The position numbers and the translations under genes were made by a program. Of a stretch of DNA of 51,416 nucleotides, positions 1-8,051 are shown one piece after another. A model generated the notes under the pieces. That model was not told the DNA's origin and did no database searches. It saw only the letters and a list, made by a program, of their open reading frames with translations. This DNA is from Patescibacteria group bacterium (lineage in GTDB: Bacteria > Patescibacteriota > Patescibacteriia > PEXW01): contig JBBTRU010000001.1 in NCBI GenBank assembly GCA_038065015.1, forward strand, positions 1 to 51,416, in the 5' to 3' direction. Numbering within the stretch: the first letter of the stretch is position 1; each line of letters opens with the position of its first letter.

Positions 1-896
1 ATTGCGTAAATCATATCCGCGGGTACTTGGCTGTTCTGCAAACTCGTTATCAGGCTGCCGTACTGGGTGCGAACCCCGGTGGTACCATCCAGCCAGTCAC
101 GCGTGAGTGTAGCCGCACCAATGGCTGCGCCCCGCGCCCCATCTGAAACTTCACCTTCGGCAAAGACTTGCTCGATAGGTTTCACCGGCTTGAGCGTGAG
201 ACTGGTGAACTTGACCAACTTGGGGCTAATGGTAAGCAGCAACAGGTAGGCCGACAACGCCAGGATGACCCCGATAATAGCCGAGCTGATGGTCTCTTTT
301 GCTTCCTGAATTTTCCCGCGGTCGCCAGCGGCCAGCACCCAGCGCAGGCCGCCATACATTGTCATGACTGTTGCCAAAATGCCAATAGCACCCACCATGA
401 ACACGTAGAGCGCGGCAATGTACTCGCCCAGGGTATTGCCGGTAATAATAATGCTCTCGCCGGCAATAAACTTTGAGCCTGGCAACGTGAGCTGGGGTTT
501 AAACGCAATACCCACTGGAGCCGGTTGGGCCTGCTCGCTGCGGCAAGAGAGCGCCGTGCACGGCAATGTCGAAGGGCTGCTAAAGGCCGTGGTGCACGCT
601 CCCGAAGCCGTCGGTTGCTCACACATGCCGTTGAAGAGCACACAGCACTGCGTGGTTGCGGCAGCCACGGTCGGGCAAGTACAACTCGTCGCATAAACTC
701 CTGCATAACTGGCGCAAATTTTATCCTGCGTCCAGCCCCCGGGTGGCGGCTCGCCCGCCGGGGCTATGAGCTCCGCATCGGTAAAGCACTTGTTGGGTGT
801 GGTAACCGAAATGTTGCAGCAGCCCGCCTCTGCACGCAACGGCACCAGGATGCTTGTCAAAAACAGCAGACTGAGCAGGACAGATCGAATCTTCAC
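1..896 (-). CDS. Cys-rich secreted protein with VirB2/TrbC-like pilin membrane hairpin (start in window, 3' end beyond left edge)
   Basis: Absent from the ORF track because there is no stop in the window. My reverse-strand translation from GTG (896-894) gives VKIRSVLLSLLFLTSILVPLRAEA (signal peptide), then GCCNISVTTPNKC..TQCCVLFNGMCEQ..LPCTALSC. It continues GEYIAALYVFMVGAIGILATVMTMYGGLRWVLAAGDRGKIQEAKETISSAIIGVILALSAYLLLLTISPKLV. That stretch is colinear with GAYIGGLYKFFSGAIGIIATVMIFYGGIKWVAAAGNPSKIKEAKEAIFSALIAVVISLGSYMLLYVINPNLV of ORF 2805..4118. The frame stays open to position 1. The GTG overlaps the upstream stop (GTGA). Confidence 0.5.
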   Translation of the reverse strand, partial: MKIRSVLLSLLFLTSILVPLRAEAGCCNISVTTPNKCFTDAELIAPAGEPPPGGWTQDKICASYAGVYATSCTCPTVAAATTQCCVLFNGMCEQPTASGACTTAFSSPSTLPCTALSCRSEQAQPAPVGIAFKPQLTLPGSKFIAGESIIITGNTLGEYIAALYVFMVGAIGILATVMTMYGGLRWVLAAGDRGKIQEAKETISSAIIGVILALSAYLLLLTISPKLVKFTSLTLKPVKPIEQVFAEGEVSDGARGAAIGAATLTRDWLDGTTGVRTQYGSLITSLQNSQVPADMIYA

Positions 897-1507
897 AAGT
901 GCTTTTGGATTACCTGCCGAAGGTCAGCATCTTCGACTAACCCAGTAATCTGCTCGTCATTGACGAACATGGTCGGCACTTCTTGAATGCCAAGTCGTTT
1001 GCCTTCCGCAATAGCCGCATTCACGCGAGCCACGGCTTGGCCGCTCTCCAGGCACTGCTGTAGCTGCGCGGCATTGGTCCCGCTCTGCTGCGCCAGCACT
1101 TCTAGCGAGATGGTTGCAAGCTCGGTCTGGTGGTCGAAAAGCGTATCATGCATTTGCCAGAATTCGCCCTGGTCTTGGGCACAGCGGGCAATCTGCGAAG
1201 CGCGGTTGCTATTGGGGTGCAAGGGTAACGGAAAATCTTTAAACACCAAACGCACGTCATTTTGGTACGCACCAAGTGCAGACTTCAAAATTTGCACTTC
1301 GGCCTTGCAGAACTCGCACTCGAAATCGGTAAACACCACCAGCGTTACCTTACCGCGTTCGGCCCCAATTTTTGGGTCGGTGCTCTCCACCCGCGGCCGC
1401 ACCGCAGCAGTGCTGCCCGCGCCAAGCAGCGAGAGGCCATAGGTAACTATAATAAGCACGGCAAAACCGCCGATGATCGACAGAAGGACATTCTCGTGCC
1501 GCGTCAT
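893..1507 (-). CDS. DsbA-family thiol:disulfide oxidoreductase, membrane anchored
   Basis: 204 aa. N-terminal TM (LLSIIGGFAVLIIVTYGL). Thioredoxin-fold CxxC site in VVFTDFECEFCKAEV. Typical DsbA-like remainder (FKDFPLPLHPNS..ARCAQDQGEFWQMHD..VPTMFVN). Confidence 0.8.
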   Translation of the reverse strand: MTRHENVLLSIIGGFAVLIIVTYGLSLLGAGSTAAVRPRVESTDPKIGAERGKVTLVVFTDFECEFCKAEVQILKSALGAYQNDVRLVFKDFPLPLHPNSNRASQIARCAQDQGEFWQMHDTLFDHQTELATISLEVLAQQSGTNAAQLQQCLESGQAVARVNAAIAEGKRLGIQEVPTMFVNDEQITGLVEDADLRQVIQKHL

Positions 1508-1510
1508 AGG

Positions 1511-2770
1511 CTAGCGAATTTTCAGCGTCAGCACGCGGCCGGTGGGTGCGTCGGTGAAGTAGAGCGTCCGCTCGTCGGGCGAGAGGGTCATGTTGACGGC
1601 CGAGAAACGCCGGCTACCGTCGGTGCCCACCGGGTTGGCCAGCAAGGTTTTCGAACCTGTCGTCAGGTCCACCACATAGAAGCTATCGGGCGCGCTGGCC
1701 GCCTGGTCGCGATAAATACCGCTGCCCGAAGGGAGCGTACCGGCGTCGGGCACGGCACAGTAGAGTGTTGTACCGGCTTTGCTAAACGTGCATTTATCCG
1801 ACCACGTGGCCAAATCGAGCGGCCGGTTGTTAGCGCCTATGGTATCGCCGTTGGCGTCTACTATGTGCAAGCTAGGGTTGTAGCTAGAGCCGGCGGAGTA
1901 CGTGCTATACAGCATGCGCTGGCCGTCAGGCGACCACGACCCCTCGAACCCACGGCCGTCGGTGACCGCGGACTTAAAGTTCTCGCCGTTCTTGCCCACG
2001 AAGAATACTTCTTGCTTCGAGCCATCCAACCCCGGGCTGTACGTTGCCACCACCTGGTTGTTCGGCGACCACTGTACTGCAACCTTGCTGCCGTTCTCGC
2101 CCAACGGCTCGATAGGGGTAATATTCGTGCCGTCCGGGCTACTCACCACCAAAAACCGGTCGGCAACATTCGTGGCATTGTACTTAAACGCAATTTGCCC
2201 GCCGGCCGGGGCAAAGCTAAAGTCGTCGCCTTGCTTGGGCAGGGTGGCTTGCTTCTTGGTGTCGAAGTTGTAGTAGACCTTGGAATCGTCCGGGAAGCTG
2301 ACAATGACTTCGTTCTTCTGGCCCGACCACACCACTTCTTCGGCCTCGGGAAACTTGACTGTGGAGAGCGGAACGACATTGCCATTAGCGTCGAGCTTGT
2401 AGAACTGGCCGGTGGCTTTGTCGTAGTAACGCAGGTTGCCGCTGCTGTCGATGACGATGTCGCTGGCATTGCCAGAGACGAGCGTACCCACAGTCGTATC
2501 GCCGCCGCCCGCAACGCTGCTGGGCGCGGTGTTCGTCACCCCTGTGCCTCGATTGATATTCGAAGCATTTACGTTTGGCAGAACGCCATTAACATTCGTG
2601 GCTCGGTTTACATTGCCATTCAGGTCGGGTAGCGAGCCATTGAGATTGCCGTTCTGGTTGCCGTTAACGTTACCCGCTGGGCTGCTGCGGAAGAACGAAA
2701 TGTACAGCAAAAAGCCCAGGACAAGGACGCCGAGGACGAATGCAACAATGAGAATTATGCGACGGTTCAT
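1511..2770 (-). CDS. Membrane-anchored TolB-like beta-propeller (PD40/WD40-like repeats)
   Basis: 419 aa. N-terminal TM (IILIVAFVLGVLVLGFLLYISFF) followed by an Asn-rich linker (NVNGNQNGNLNG..NVNASNIN). Recurring PD40-type strands: VVSSPDGTNITPI, WSPNNQVVATYSP, WSPDGQRMLYSTYS, TLSPDERTLYFTD. Confidence 0.65.
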   Translation of the reverse strand: MNRRIILIVAFVLGVLVLGFLLYISFFRSSPAGNVNGNQNGNLNGSLPDLNGNVNRATNVNGVLPNVNASNINRGTGVTNTAPSSVAGGGDTTVGTLVSGNASDIVIDSSGNLRYYDKATGQFYKLDANGNVVPLSTVKFPEAEEVVWSGQKNEVIVSFPDDSKVYYNFDTKKQATLPKQGDDFSFAPAGGQIAFKYNATNVADRFLVVSSPDGTNITPIEPLGENGSKVAVQWSPNNQVVATYSPGLDGSKQEVFFVGKNGENFKSAVTDGRGFEGSWSPDGQRMLYSTYSAGSSYNPSLHIVDANGDTIGANNRPLDLATWSDKCTFSKAGTTLYCAVPDAGTLPSGSGIYRDQAASAPDSFYVVDLTTGSKTLLANPVGTDGSRRFSAVNMTLSPDERTLYFTDAPTGRVLTLKIR

Positions 2771-2804
2771 GCCTTATATTCTACACGATTTTCTATATCT
2801 CTGC

Positions 2805-4118
2805 CTATTCTGAAACGTGGCACGTCAGGTCTACAGCAGTTGCGGTTGTTGCGTTTGCTGTTGCTTTCATGCAGCAAATACCACGAACTTGTAAGGCCTG
2901 AAATAATCCTTTTTCTTTTCGCCACTCGCACTGGGAGGTAATAATTTTTCCAGTTGATGCAAGCGTCCCATCGTAAATTTCTTCAGCCGCGGATGCATCG
3001 TAACAACTGCCCGATACGCCGGTAAATTGAATGGATGGATTTACCTTTGTTCCAAAATTAATCGAACCAGTAGCATCTGGTTCTTGGGCCCGACGGCACG
3101 CCTCGCCGCCAACACGCACCGGAAAGTCCGATGGACAAGTGAGTACTGGCCAAGATTTGCAATAGTCAGTCACGGTCACATCGCCACATTCAGTTAAACC
3201 ACCAGCGGCATACCAGCTGCACTGGCGAGAACCCGGTTGGCTCAAAGGTGCACAGAGTACATCATGACGCCCCAAGCCGACATTTGCCAACGTATCATCC
3301 ACCTGCTCGCACGCCAAAATTTTATCCATGCAGCCGTATTTTGTGCCATTCACAGGATCAGAACGCAAGAATGTTTGCCCACTCAGTCCATCACGAAAAT
3401 CACTCCCAAGGCCGCAAGTCTTGGTCGTATCTGCACATACCGTTCCACGACACGTGGCCGCACCCGTGCTCCCAGCGGTGTACGGGTATTCTGTTCCGCA
3501 AAGCGGTTGCGTGTCACCACCAAGTTCTATTGGATACCCGCACGCTCCTGCGCCAGATCCGCAATCAGCATCTAACGTGCACTTCGTGCCGGCTTTCGCA
3601 CCGCTCAAGCACGTCCGCGATGTCGGACAGGTTGCAAAACGCTGTTCAATCGGTTTTACCACAGTCAATGACGGCGGACGAAGGTTAACCAGATTGGGGT
3701 TGATGACGTACAGCAACATGTACGACCCCAGCGAAATGACCACCGCGATGAGCGCGGAAAAAATTGCTTCTTTGGCCTCTTTAATTTTGCTGGGGTTGCC
3801 GGCCGCGGCCACCCACTTAATGCCCCCGTAAAAAATCATGACCGTGGCAATAATGCCAATGGCCCCGGAGAAAAATTTATACAGACCGCCAATGTACGCG
3901 CCCATGTCCTGAATGTAGTCGCGTGTTGCACCGGCACTATCGGTGCAGGTCGTGGTGACGCCGGGAATAGGCACGGCAACGCTAATCCACTTTTGCTCAA
4001 TATCGCTCAATACCACCCCGGTGGGGAGTTTGGAACACGTGAACGCAGCCTGGGTAGACCCGGCGGCGAAAAGGCCGATGAGGAGTATGAGTATGAAAAG
4101 TGTTCGTCGCATAGGCAT
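2805..4118 (-). CDS. VirB2/TrbC-like pilin-domain protein with ~270 aa Cys-rich C-terminal extension
   Basis: 437 aa. Signal peptide (LFILILLIGLFAAGSTQA). Two hydrophobic helices flank the conserved WVAAAGNPSKIKEAKEAI loop, the layout of T4SS pilins. About 22 Cys follow in the C-terminal part (ATCPTSRTCLSG..KCTLDADCGSGAGACGY..). Paralogue of the partial ORF 1..896. Confidence 0.55.
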   Translation of the reverse strand: MPMRRTLFILILLIGLFAAGSTQAAFTCSKLPTGVVLSDIEQKWISVAVPIPGVTTTCTDSAGATRDYIQDMGAYIGGLYKFFSGAIGIIATVMIFYGGIKWVAAAGNPSKIKEAKEAIFSALIAVVISLGSYMLLYVINPNLVNLRPPSLTVVKPIEQRFATCPTSRTCLSGAKAGTKCTLDADCGSGAGACGYPIELGGDTQPLCGTEYPYTAGSTGAATCRGTVCADTTKTCGLGSDFRDGLSGQTFLRSDPVNGTKYGCMDKILACEQVDDTLANVGLGRHDVLCAPLSQPGSRQCSWYAAGGLTECGDVTVTDYCKSWPVLTCPSDFPVRVGGEACRRAQEPDATGSINFGTKVNPSIQFTGVSGSCYDASAAEEIYDGTLASTGKIITSQCEWRKEKGLFQALQVRGICCMKATANATTATAVDLTCHVSE

Positions 4119-4849
4119 TAAAAAGTGCCGCTCGCCCCTGCCCCACCGGAACTACCGCCGGAAAAAAGGTCCCAAACGGCTTTTAACGCACCACTGGAAA
4201 GATCGAGAAATACCTGTGATTGGGTAATCGGATCCGCGGTAATAATCCACACAATGAACATGAGGAAGAACACAATAATTGCCAGGATGGTGAGAATGAC
4301 GAATGCAGCGGCCAGGTGAGAGATGAACACGCCAATGCCGACCAGACCCAGGCTGTACTTTGGAAAAATGACTATACCTTTCATGCGCAGCGGCACGATT
4401 GCTGCCATGATGCGCATAAAAAAAATGCTTAGGAAGAGCCACGGCGAAACAATTATTTCTAAAGCGAGCGCATTGCCAATGAGCTCGGACTGAAAACTGT
4501 TCAAAACCCGGGTGTAGGCGGCATTCGCTTTGGCCAGGGCCTGGCCCGAGGCTACTGCTTGAGCCGCCTGCTTACGCATTTCACCAATGTGCCGCAACCG
4601 GGCAATTGGACCCGAGTCATTCTGGCCAGCCGCTGCCTGGGCTGGGCCGGCATCCTGCGATAATGCTGGCGCCCCGGCGGTCTGGAGCGAAGAGTTGCTA
4701 TTGATGCTATCTAAACTCGTGCCCAAGCCCGAGGCTTGCCGCCGGATGTACTCCCCTGCGTCGGGCTGCTGGGCTTGCCGCTGCGCAAAAGTATCCGCGT
4801 AGAGTGCGCGCTGCTGCTGGGCTTCGAGGGTGGAGGCCGAATCGGCCAT
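4118..4849 (-). CDS. Polytopic membrane protein, function unknown (T4SS-like operon member)
   Basis: 243 aa. Hydrophilic Q/A-rich N-terminal ~130 aa, then 3-4 TM helices (IVSPWLFLSIFFMRIMAAIV, LGLVGIGVFISHLAAAFVILTILAIIVFFLMFIVWII). Gly/Ser tail. Its stop region overlaps the start of the next gene. Confidence 0.55.
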   Translation of the reverse strand: MADSASTLEAQQQRALYADTFAQRQAQQPDAGEYIRRQASGLGTSLDSINSNSSLQTAGAPALSQDAGPAQAAAGQNDSGPIARLRHIGEMRKQAAQAVASGQALAKANAAYTRVLNSFQSELIGNALALEIIVSPWLFLSIFFMRIMAAIVPLRMKGIVIFPKYSLGLVGIGVFISHLAAAFVILTILAIIVFFLMFIVWIITADPITQSQVFLDLSSGALKAVWDLFSGGSSGGAGASGTF

Positions 4850-4857
4850 AGGTGTGT

Positions 4858-5457
4858 TTACTGCTTAGCCCCCCAGGCCAAACGCCAAACTTTCCACGCC
4901 CCGTCCAGGCGCTGGAAGCTTAGGGTAATATCCTGGAAGTACGTGGTGGATTCCGTGCTGCTGCCCGACGTTTCGGTGCGCTGCAGAGTCACGCGCACTT
5001 CGGCCGTGCCGTCGTTTTCATCAAACGCCTCGACGTTAACAATCCGCGGTTCCGACGTAAAACCGGTGTACAGGGAGGTGTCGGCACGCTTGGCCTGCTC
5101 TACGCCTACGAACGCCTCCTGCTGGGCCTTAAGGGCCGGGGCCATGAGCGGGTACAAGCTGGTAATATTCTCAAAGCTGTTCTGGTTCGAGAAGCTGCCG
5201 TAAATGCTGGCAAAGCTCCGCGCCGTGCTCTCCACAATTGCCCGGGCCGTCAGGGCGCTGCCGTTAACCGCGGTGTTGCTGTTGCCGGCCTGATTGGTGT
5301 TGAGCACAACGGTGTTCACGTTGGGCAGGTTGCCGTTGGTGTTGCTGGCATTCGTGTTCGAATTGGCATCGCGGCGCTGCAGGAAGAAAAACACCCCCAG
5401 CGCCAGCAAGGCGAGGAGCAGAGCACCGGCAATAATGAGGAGGATGCGTCGGGACAT
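4858..5457 (-). CDS. Bitopic membrane protein, candidate VirB8 analogue (N-terminal TM + small alpha/beta domain)
   Basis: 199 aa. TM (ILLIIAGALLLALLALGVFFFL), Asn-rich linker, then ~130 aa of helices followed by strands (AEVRVTLQRTE..YFQDITLSFQRLDGAWKVWRL). This is compatible with an NTF2-like fold. It lies directly downstream of VirB4. The functional call rests on architecture only. Confidence 0.4.
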   Translation of the reverse strand: MSRRILLIIAGALLLALLALGVFFFLQRRDANSNTNASNTNGNLPNVNTVVLNTNQAGNSNTAVNGSALTARAIVESTARSFASIYGSFSNQNSFENITSLYPLMAPALKAQQEAFVGVEQAKRADTSLYTGFTSEPRIVNVEAFDENDGTAEVRVTLQRTETSGSSTESTTYFQDITLSFQRLDGAWKVWRLAWGAKQ

Positions 5458-5469
5458 AGGGCGGTGGGG

Positions 5470-7368
5470 TTAGGAGCCGGGTTGGCTGGTCTCGTTGAAT
5501 TCTTTCTTGGCGGCTTCAATTTCCAGCAGCTGGCGCGGGTCCGAGGTAATAATTTGATCTTCGGTGTACGAAGCTACAACTTTAATGGCCGCGTGCTTGG
5601 GCCCGGCAAAGAAAATGCCTTCACCCACCGCGGCTTCGAGCAGCAGGTATTTCTCCCCTTGCGTGAGCAAAAAGGTCTTGGCCACCATGTCCACCCCGGC
5701 CGGCGATTGCTTCATAAGCAGCTGCAAGGCGGAGTTCGTAACAATGGCCTGGCCGTACGGGCTGCGCAAAAAGTCGTTCACATCCTGCGTGATGGTGGTA
5801 ACCCCCAGGTAGTACTTGCGGCAGCGTTTGACCAGGGCGTAAATAAACCGCGCCGAGTCTTCGTTCTGCATCAGCCACCAGGCTTCGTCAATTACCAGGA
5901 TGCGCTTCTTGAGGCTGGAGCGCACCACATTCCAGATGTACGAAACAATGATAGAAATGCCAATGGGTCGCAGCTCGTCTTCCAGATCGCGGACCGAGAA
6001 CGTGACGAGCTGGTTGGTGAGCTCGATATTCGTGGGGCTATTGAAGAGCCCGGCAAACGTGCCTTCGGTGTACTTCTTCAGGCGCTCCACAATCCCTTCC
6101 GCCCCCACCATGCCGGCCAGTACCTCTTGGAAATCCGCCATCAGCGGCGGCTCCACTTTGGTCAAATCGCTCTCGGCGGTTATGTCTTTCTTGTTGTAGG
6201 TTTCAATAAGTCCGCGGTCGATAATGGAATCTTCTTCTGGAGAGAGCGCGCCCAGCATAAGGCGCAGCATGCTCTTAAGCGTGATAACCGCAGCGCGAAT
6301 AATGTCGGCCGGCTTCTCGGCGCCGCCCACGGGCCGCGGCAAGTCGAAGGGGTTTATCTTGGAATCCGAATTGAGCGAGATGTTAATGTACGTCCCGCCC
6401 ACGGCATCCGAGAGGTACTTGTACTCGCGTTCGGGGTCGATGACGATAACATCCGTACCCACCATGAGCGAGCGCAAGATTTCGAGCTTTACCGCGTAGC
6501 TCTTGCCCGCGCCCGACGTGGCGAAGACCACGAAGTTAGCATTCTGCAAGCTAAACCGGTCAAAGAGAATGAGCGAGTTGTTGTGCCGGTTAATGCCGTA
6601 GAGAATGCCGTTGTCCGAAGACACATCCGAAGAAATGAACGGGAAGCTGCTGGCGGCGGGCGAGGAATTCATGTTAAAGCTCACCTGGATTTCATCCTTG
6701 CCAATGGGCAGGGTGGAGTTGAACCCCTGCTCGGCCTGGTAGAGCACGCGCTTGCTAAACACCAGCTTCTGGCCGAACATGGCCTCGACCTTGTCCGAGA
6801 GCTTGTCCAGCTGGTCTTTGGCGTCGGCGTACAGGGTAACGTACAAGGCCACCTGGAAGAATTTCTCCGTCCCTTGCGTCAGGTTATCGCGCAGTTGCTC
6901 GATGTCTCGCAGCGCAGTTTCTCGAATGGGATCGCGCGGGGCGCCCTTCTCGGCATCAGAGAGAATTTGCGCTTCGAGTTGGCCGACCTTGTTGCGGAGT
7001 TGCTTGAGCACGACTTCGGACCCGACCGGGTAGAAGAACATGGCCACATCCAAAGGCACGTTGAGGTTGATGATGGGCGCAAACCAGCCCACGGCAATGT
7101 AGCGCGGGTAGGTAACCACGAACATGGTGCGCGCCAGCTTGCCGCCAATTTCCACTTCCTTGGGCGAAATTTTAAACGAGGCGGGCGCAATAAAGTCCCG
7201 CACCGAAACCACGCCGCGGCGGTAGATGCGCTCGGCTTCGAGCAGCTCGCGCTTGCGTTGCAGCTCCATAGCGGCCGCTTGCTGCTGCTCTTCTTGCGAG
7301 AGCATTTGCATGGGCAACGGGGTTTCCGCTGGTTGCGACTTTGGCTTACGTGATAAGTTGATTGCCAT
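5470..7368 (-). CDS. virB4: VirB4/TrsE/ConE-family T4SS ATPase (central and ATPase domains)
   Basis: 632 aa. Gram-positive-type VirB4 middle region (VRDFIAPASFKISPKEVEIGGKLARTMFVVTYPRYIAVGWFAPII). Walker A FATSGAGKSY. Walker B RILVIDEAWWLM. C-terminal YYLGVTTITQDVNDF motif. Confidence 0.85.
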   Translation of the reverse strand: MAINLSRKPKSQPAETPLPMQMLSQEEQQQAAAMELQRKRELLEAERIYRRGVVSVRDFIAPASFKISPKEVEIGGKLARTMFVVTYPRYIAVGWFAPIINLNVPLDVAMFFYPVGSEVVLKQLRNKVGQLEAQILSDAEKGAPRDPIRETALRDIEQLRDNLTQGTEKFFQVALYVTLYADAKDQLDKLSDKVEAMFGQKLVFSKRVLYQAEQGFNSTLPIGKDEIQVSFNMNSSPAASSFPFISSDVSSDNGILYGINRHNNSLILFDRFSLQNANFVVFATSGAGKSYAVKLEILRSLMVGTDVIVIDPEREYKYLSDAVGGTYINISLNSDSKINPFDLPRPVGGAEKPADIIRAAVITLKSMLRLMLGALSPEEDSIIDRGLIETYNKKDITAESDLTKVEPPLMADFQEVLAGMVGAEGIVERLKKYTEGTFAGLFNSPTNIELTNQLVTFSVRDLEDELRPIGISIIVSYIWNVVRSSLKKRILVIDEAWWLMQNEDSARFIYALVKRCRKYYLGVTTITQDVNDFLRSPYGQAIVTNSALQLLMKQSPAGVDMVAKTFLLTQGEKYLLLEAAVGEGIFFAGPKHAAIKVVASYTEDQIITSDPRQLLEIEAAKKEFNETSQPGS

Positions 7369-8048
7369 TAGCGTTCAATAGTGACGTTATCTACGCCGCC
7401 GACTTTTTCCTGGTCAGAGGTTTGGGGGTTGTAGGTAGTGTAGAACAGTTCAATGAGCCCCTGCGTGTCCAGCGGGATTGCCTTGAGCCCCAAGCTCGAG
7501 AGGCCGTCGGCGACAAAGTCTACCCGCTTTAGCAATTCTTCGCGGTACTCGTCGAAACGTTTTTGCTTAATGTGGATGACGTTAGTCGGCGAGAGCACGC
7601 CCGCCAAGCGCTTGAAAAAGCCTTGCCGCTTGTTTGACCCCGGCTGGTAGGGCACCACCACGTAGAAATGTTTTGACATAATATCGGCCAGCTCCACCAG
7701 CTCGCGCACGTAGGTAATGTACTCTTGCGTCTGCATCTTCAGCAGTTCGTTCGACTGCGTCTTCTCGATGAGCTTGAGATTTTCCAAGTACGGATCGATA
7801 TTGAGTTTGCGGGACTGTATAACAATCTGCAGCGGAAAATCCAGCGTGTTGAGAAACTGCGTGTACGCCTGGATGACCGCGGCTTGCTCTTCGTCCGACT
7901 TCAAGGCAAAATTCATGGACGAAACCAGGAGCACCGAACGGATGGTGCCGTTGCGCAGGATAACCACGTCATCTTTAATCTCCCACACGTCCATAAACTT
8001 CTGGGCGGAAGGGGCTTTGAGCTTGGGTTGGCGGGATTGGTCGGCCAT
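7368..8048 (-). CDS. VirB4 N-terminal-domain-like protein (separate ORF; split VirB4)
   Basis: 226 aa. FMDVWEIKDDVVILRNGTIRSVLLVSSMNFALKSDEEQAAVIQAYTQFLNTLDFPLQIVIQSRK resembles, from memory, the first ~200 aa of Gram-positive VirB4 homologues (PINF-L-S-EEQ type). Its stop overlaps the ATG of 5470..7368 (TAATG). 226+632 aa is about the size of single-chain homologues. Confidence 0.5.
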   Translation of the reverse strand: MADQSRQPKLKAPSAQKFMDVWEIKDDVVILRNGTIRSVLLVSSMNFALKSDEEQAAVIQAYTQFLNTLDFPLQIVIQSRKLNIDPYLENLKLIEKTQSNELLKMQTQEYITYVRELVELADIMSKHFYVVVPYQPGSNKRQGFFKRLAGVLSPTNVIHIKQKRFDEYREELLKRVDFVADGLSSLGLKAIPLDTQGLIELFYTTYNPQTSDQEKVGGVDNVTIER

Positions 8049-8051
8049 ATG

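Noticed and set aside
5464-7353. Very long antisense ORFs opposite real genes. Examples: 5464..7353(+) 629 aa, 1262..2632(+) 456 aa, 16774..18009(+) 411 aa, 10581..11699(+) 372 aa, 41643..42668(+) 341 aa, 36472..37443(+) 323 aa, 8908..9795(+) 295 aa.
   Set aside because: Their translations are Arg/Gly/Ala/His-rich with no recognisable motifs. Each lies exactly opposite an ORF with clear family signatures. Open antisense frames are expected in high-GC DNA.
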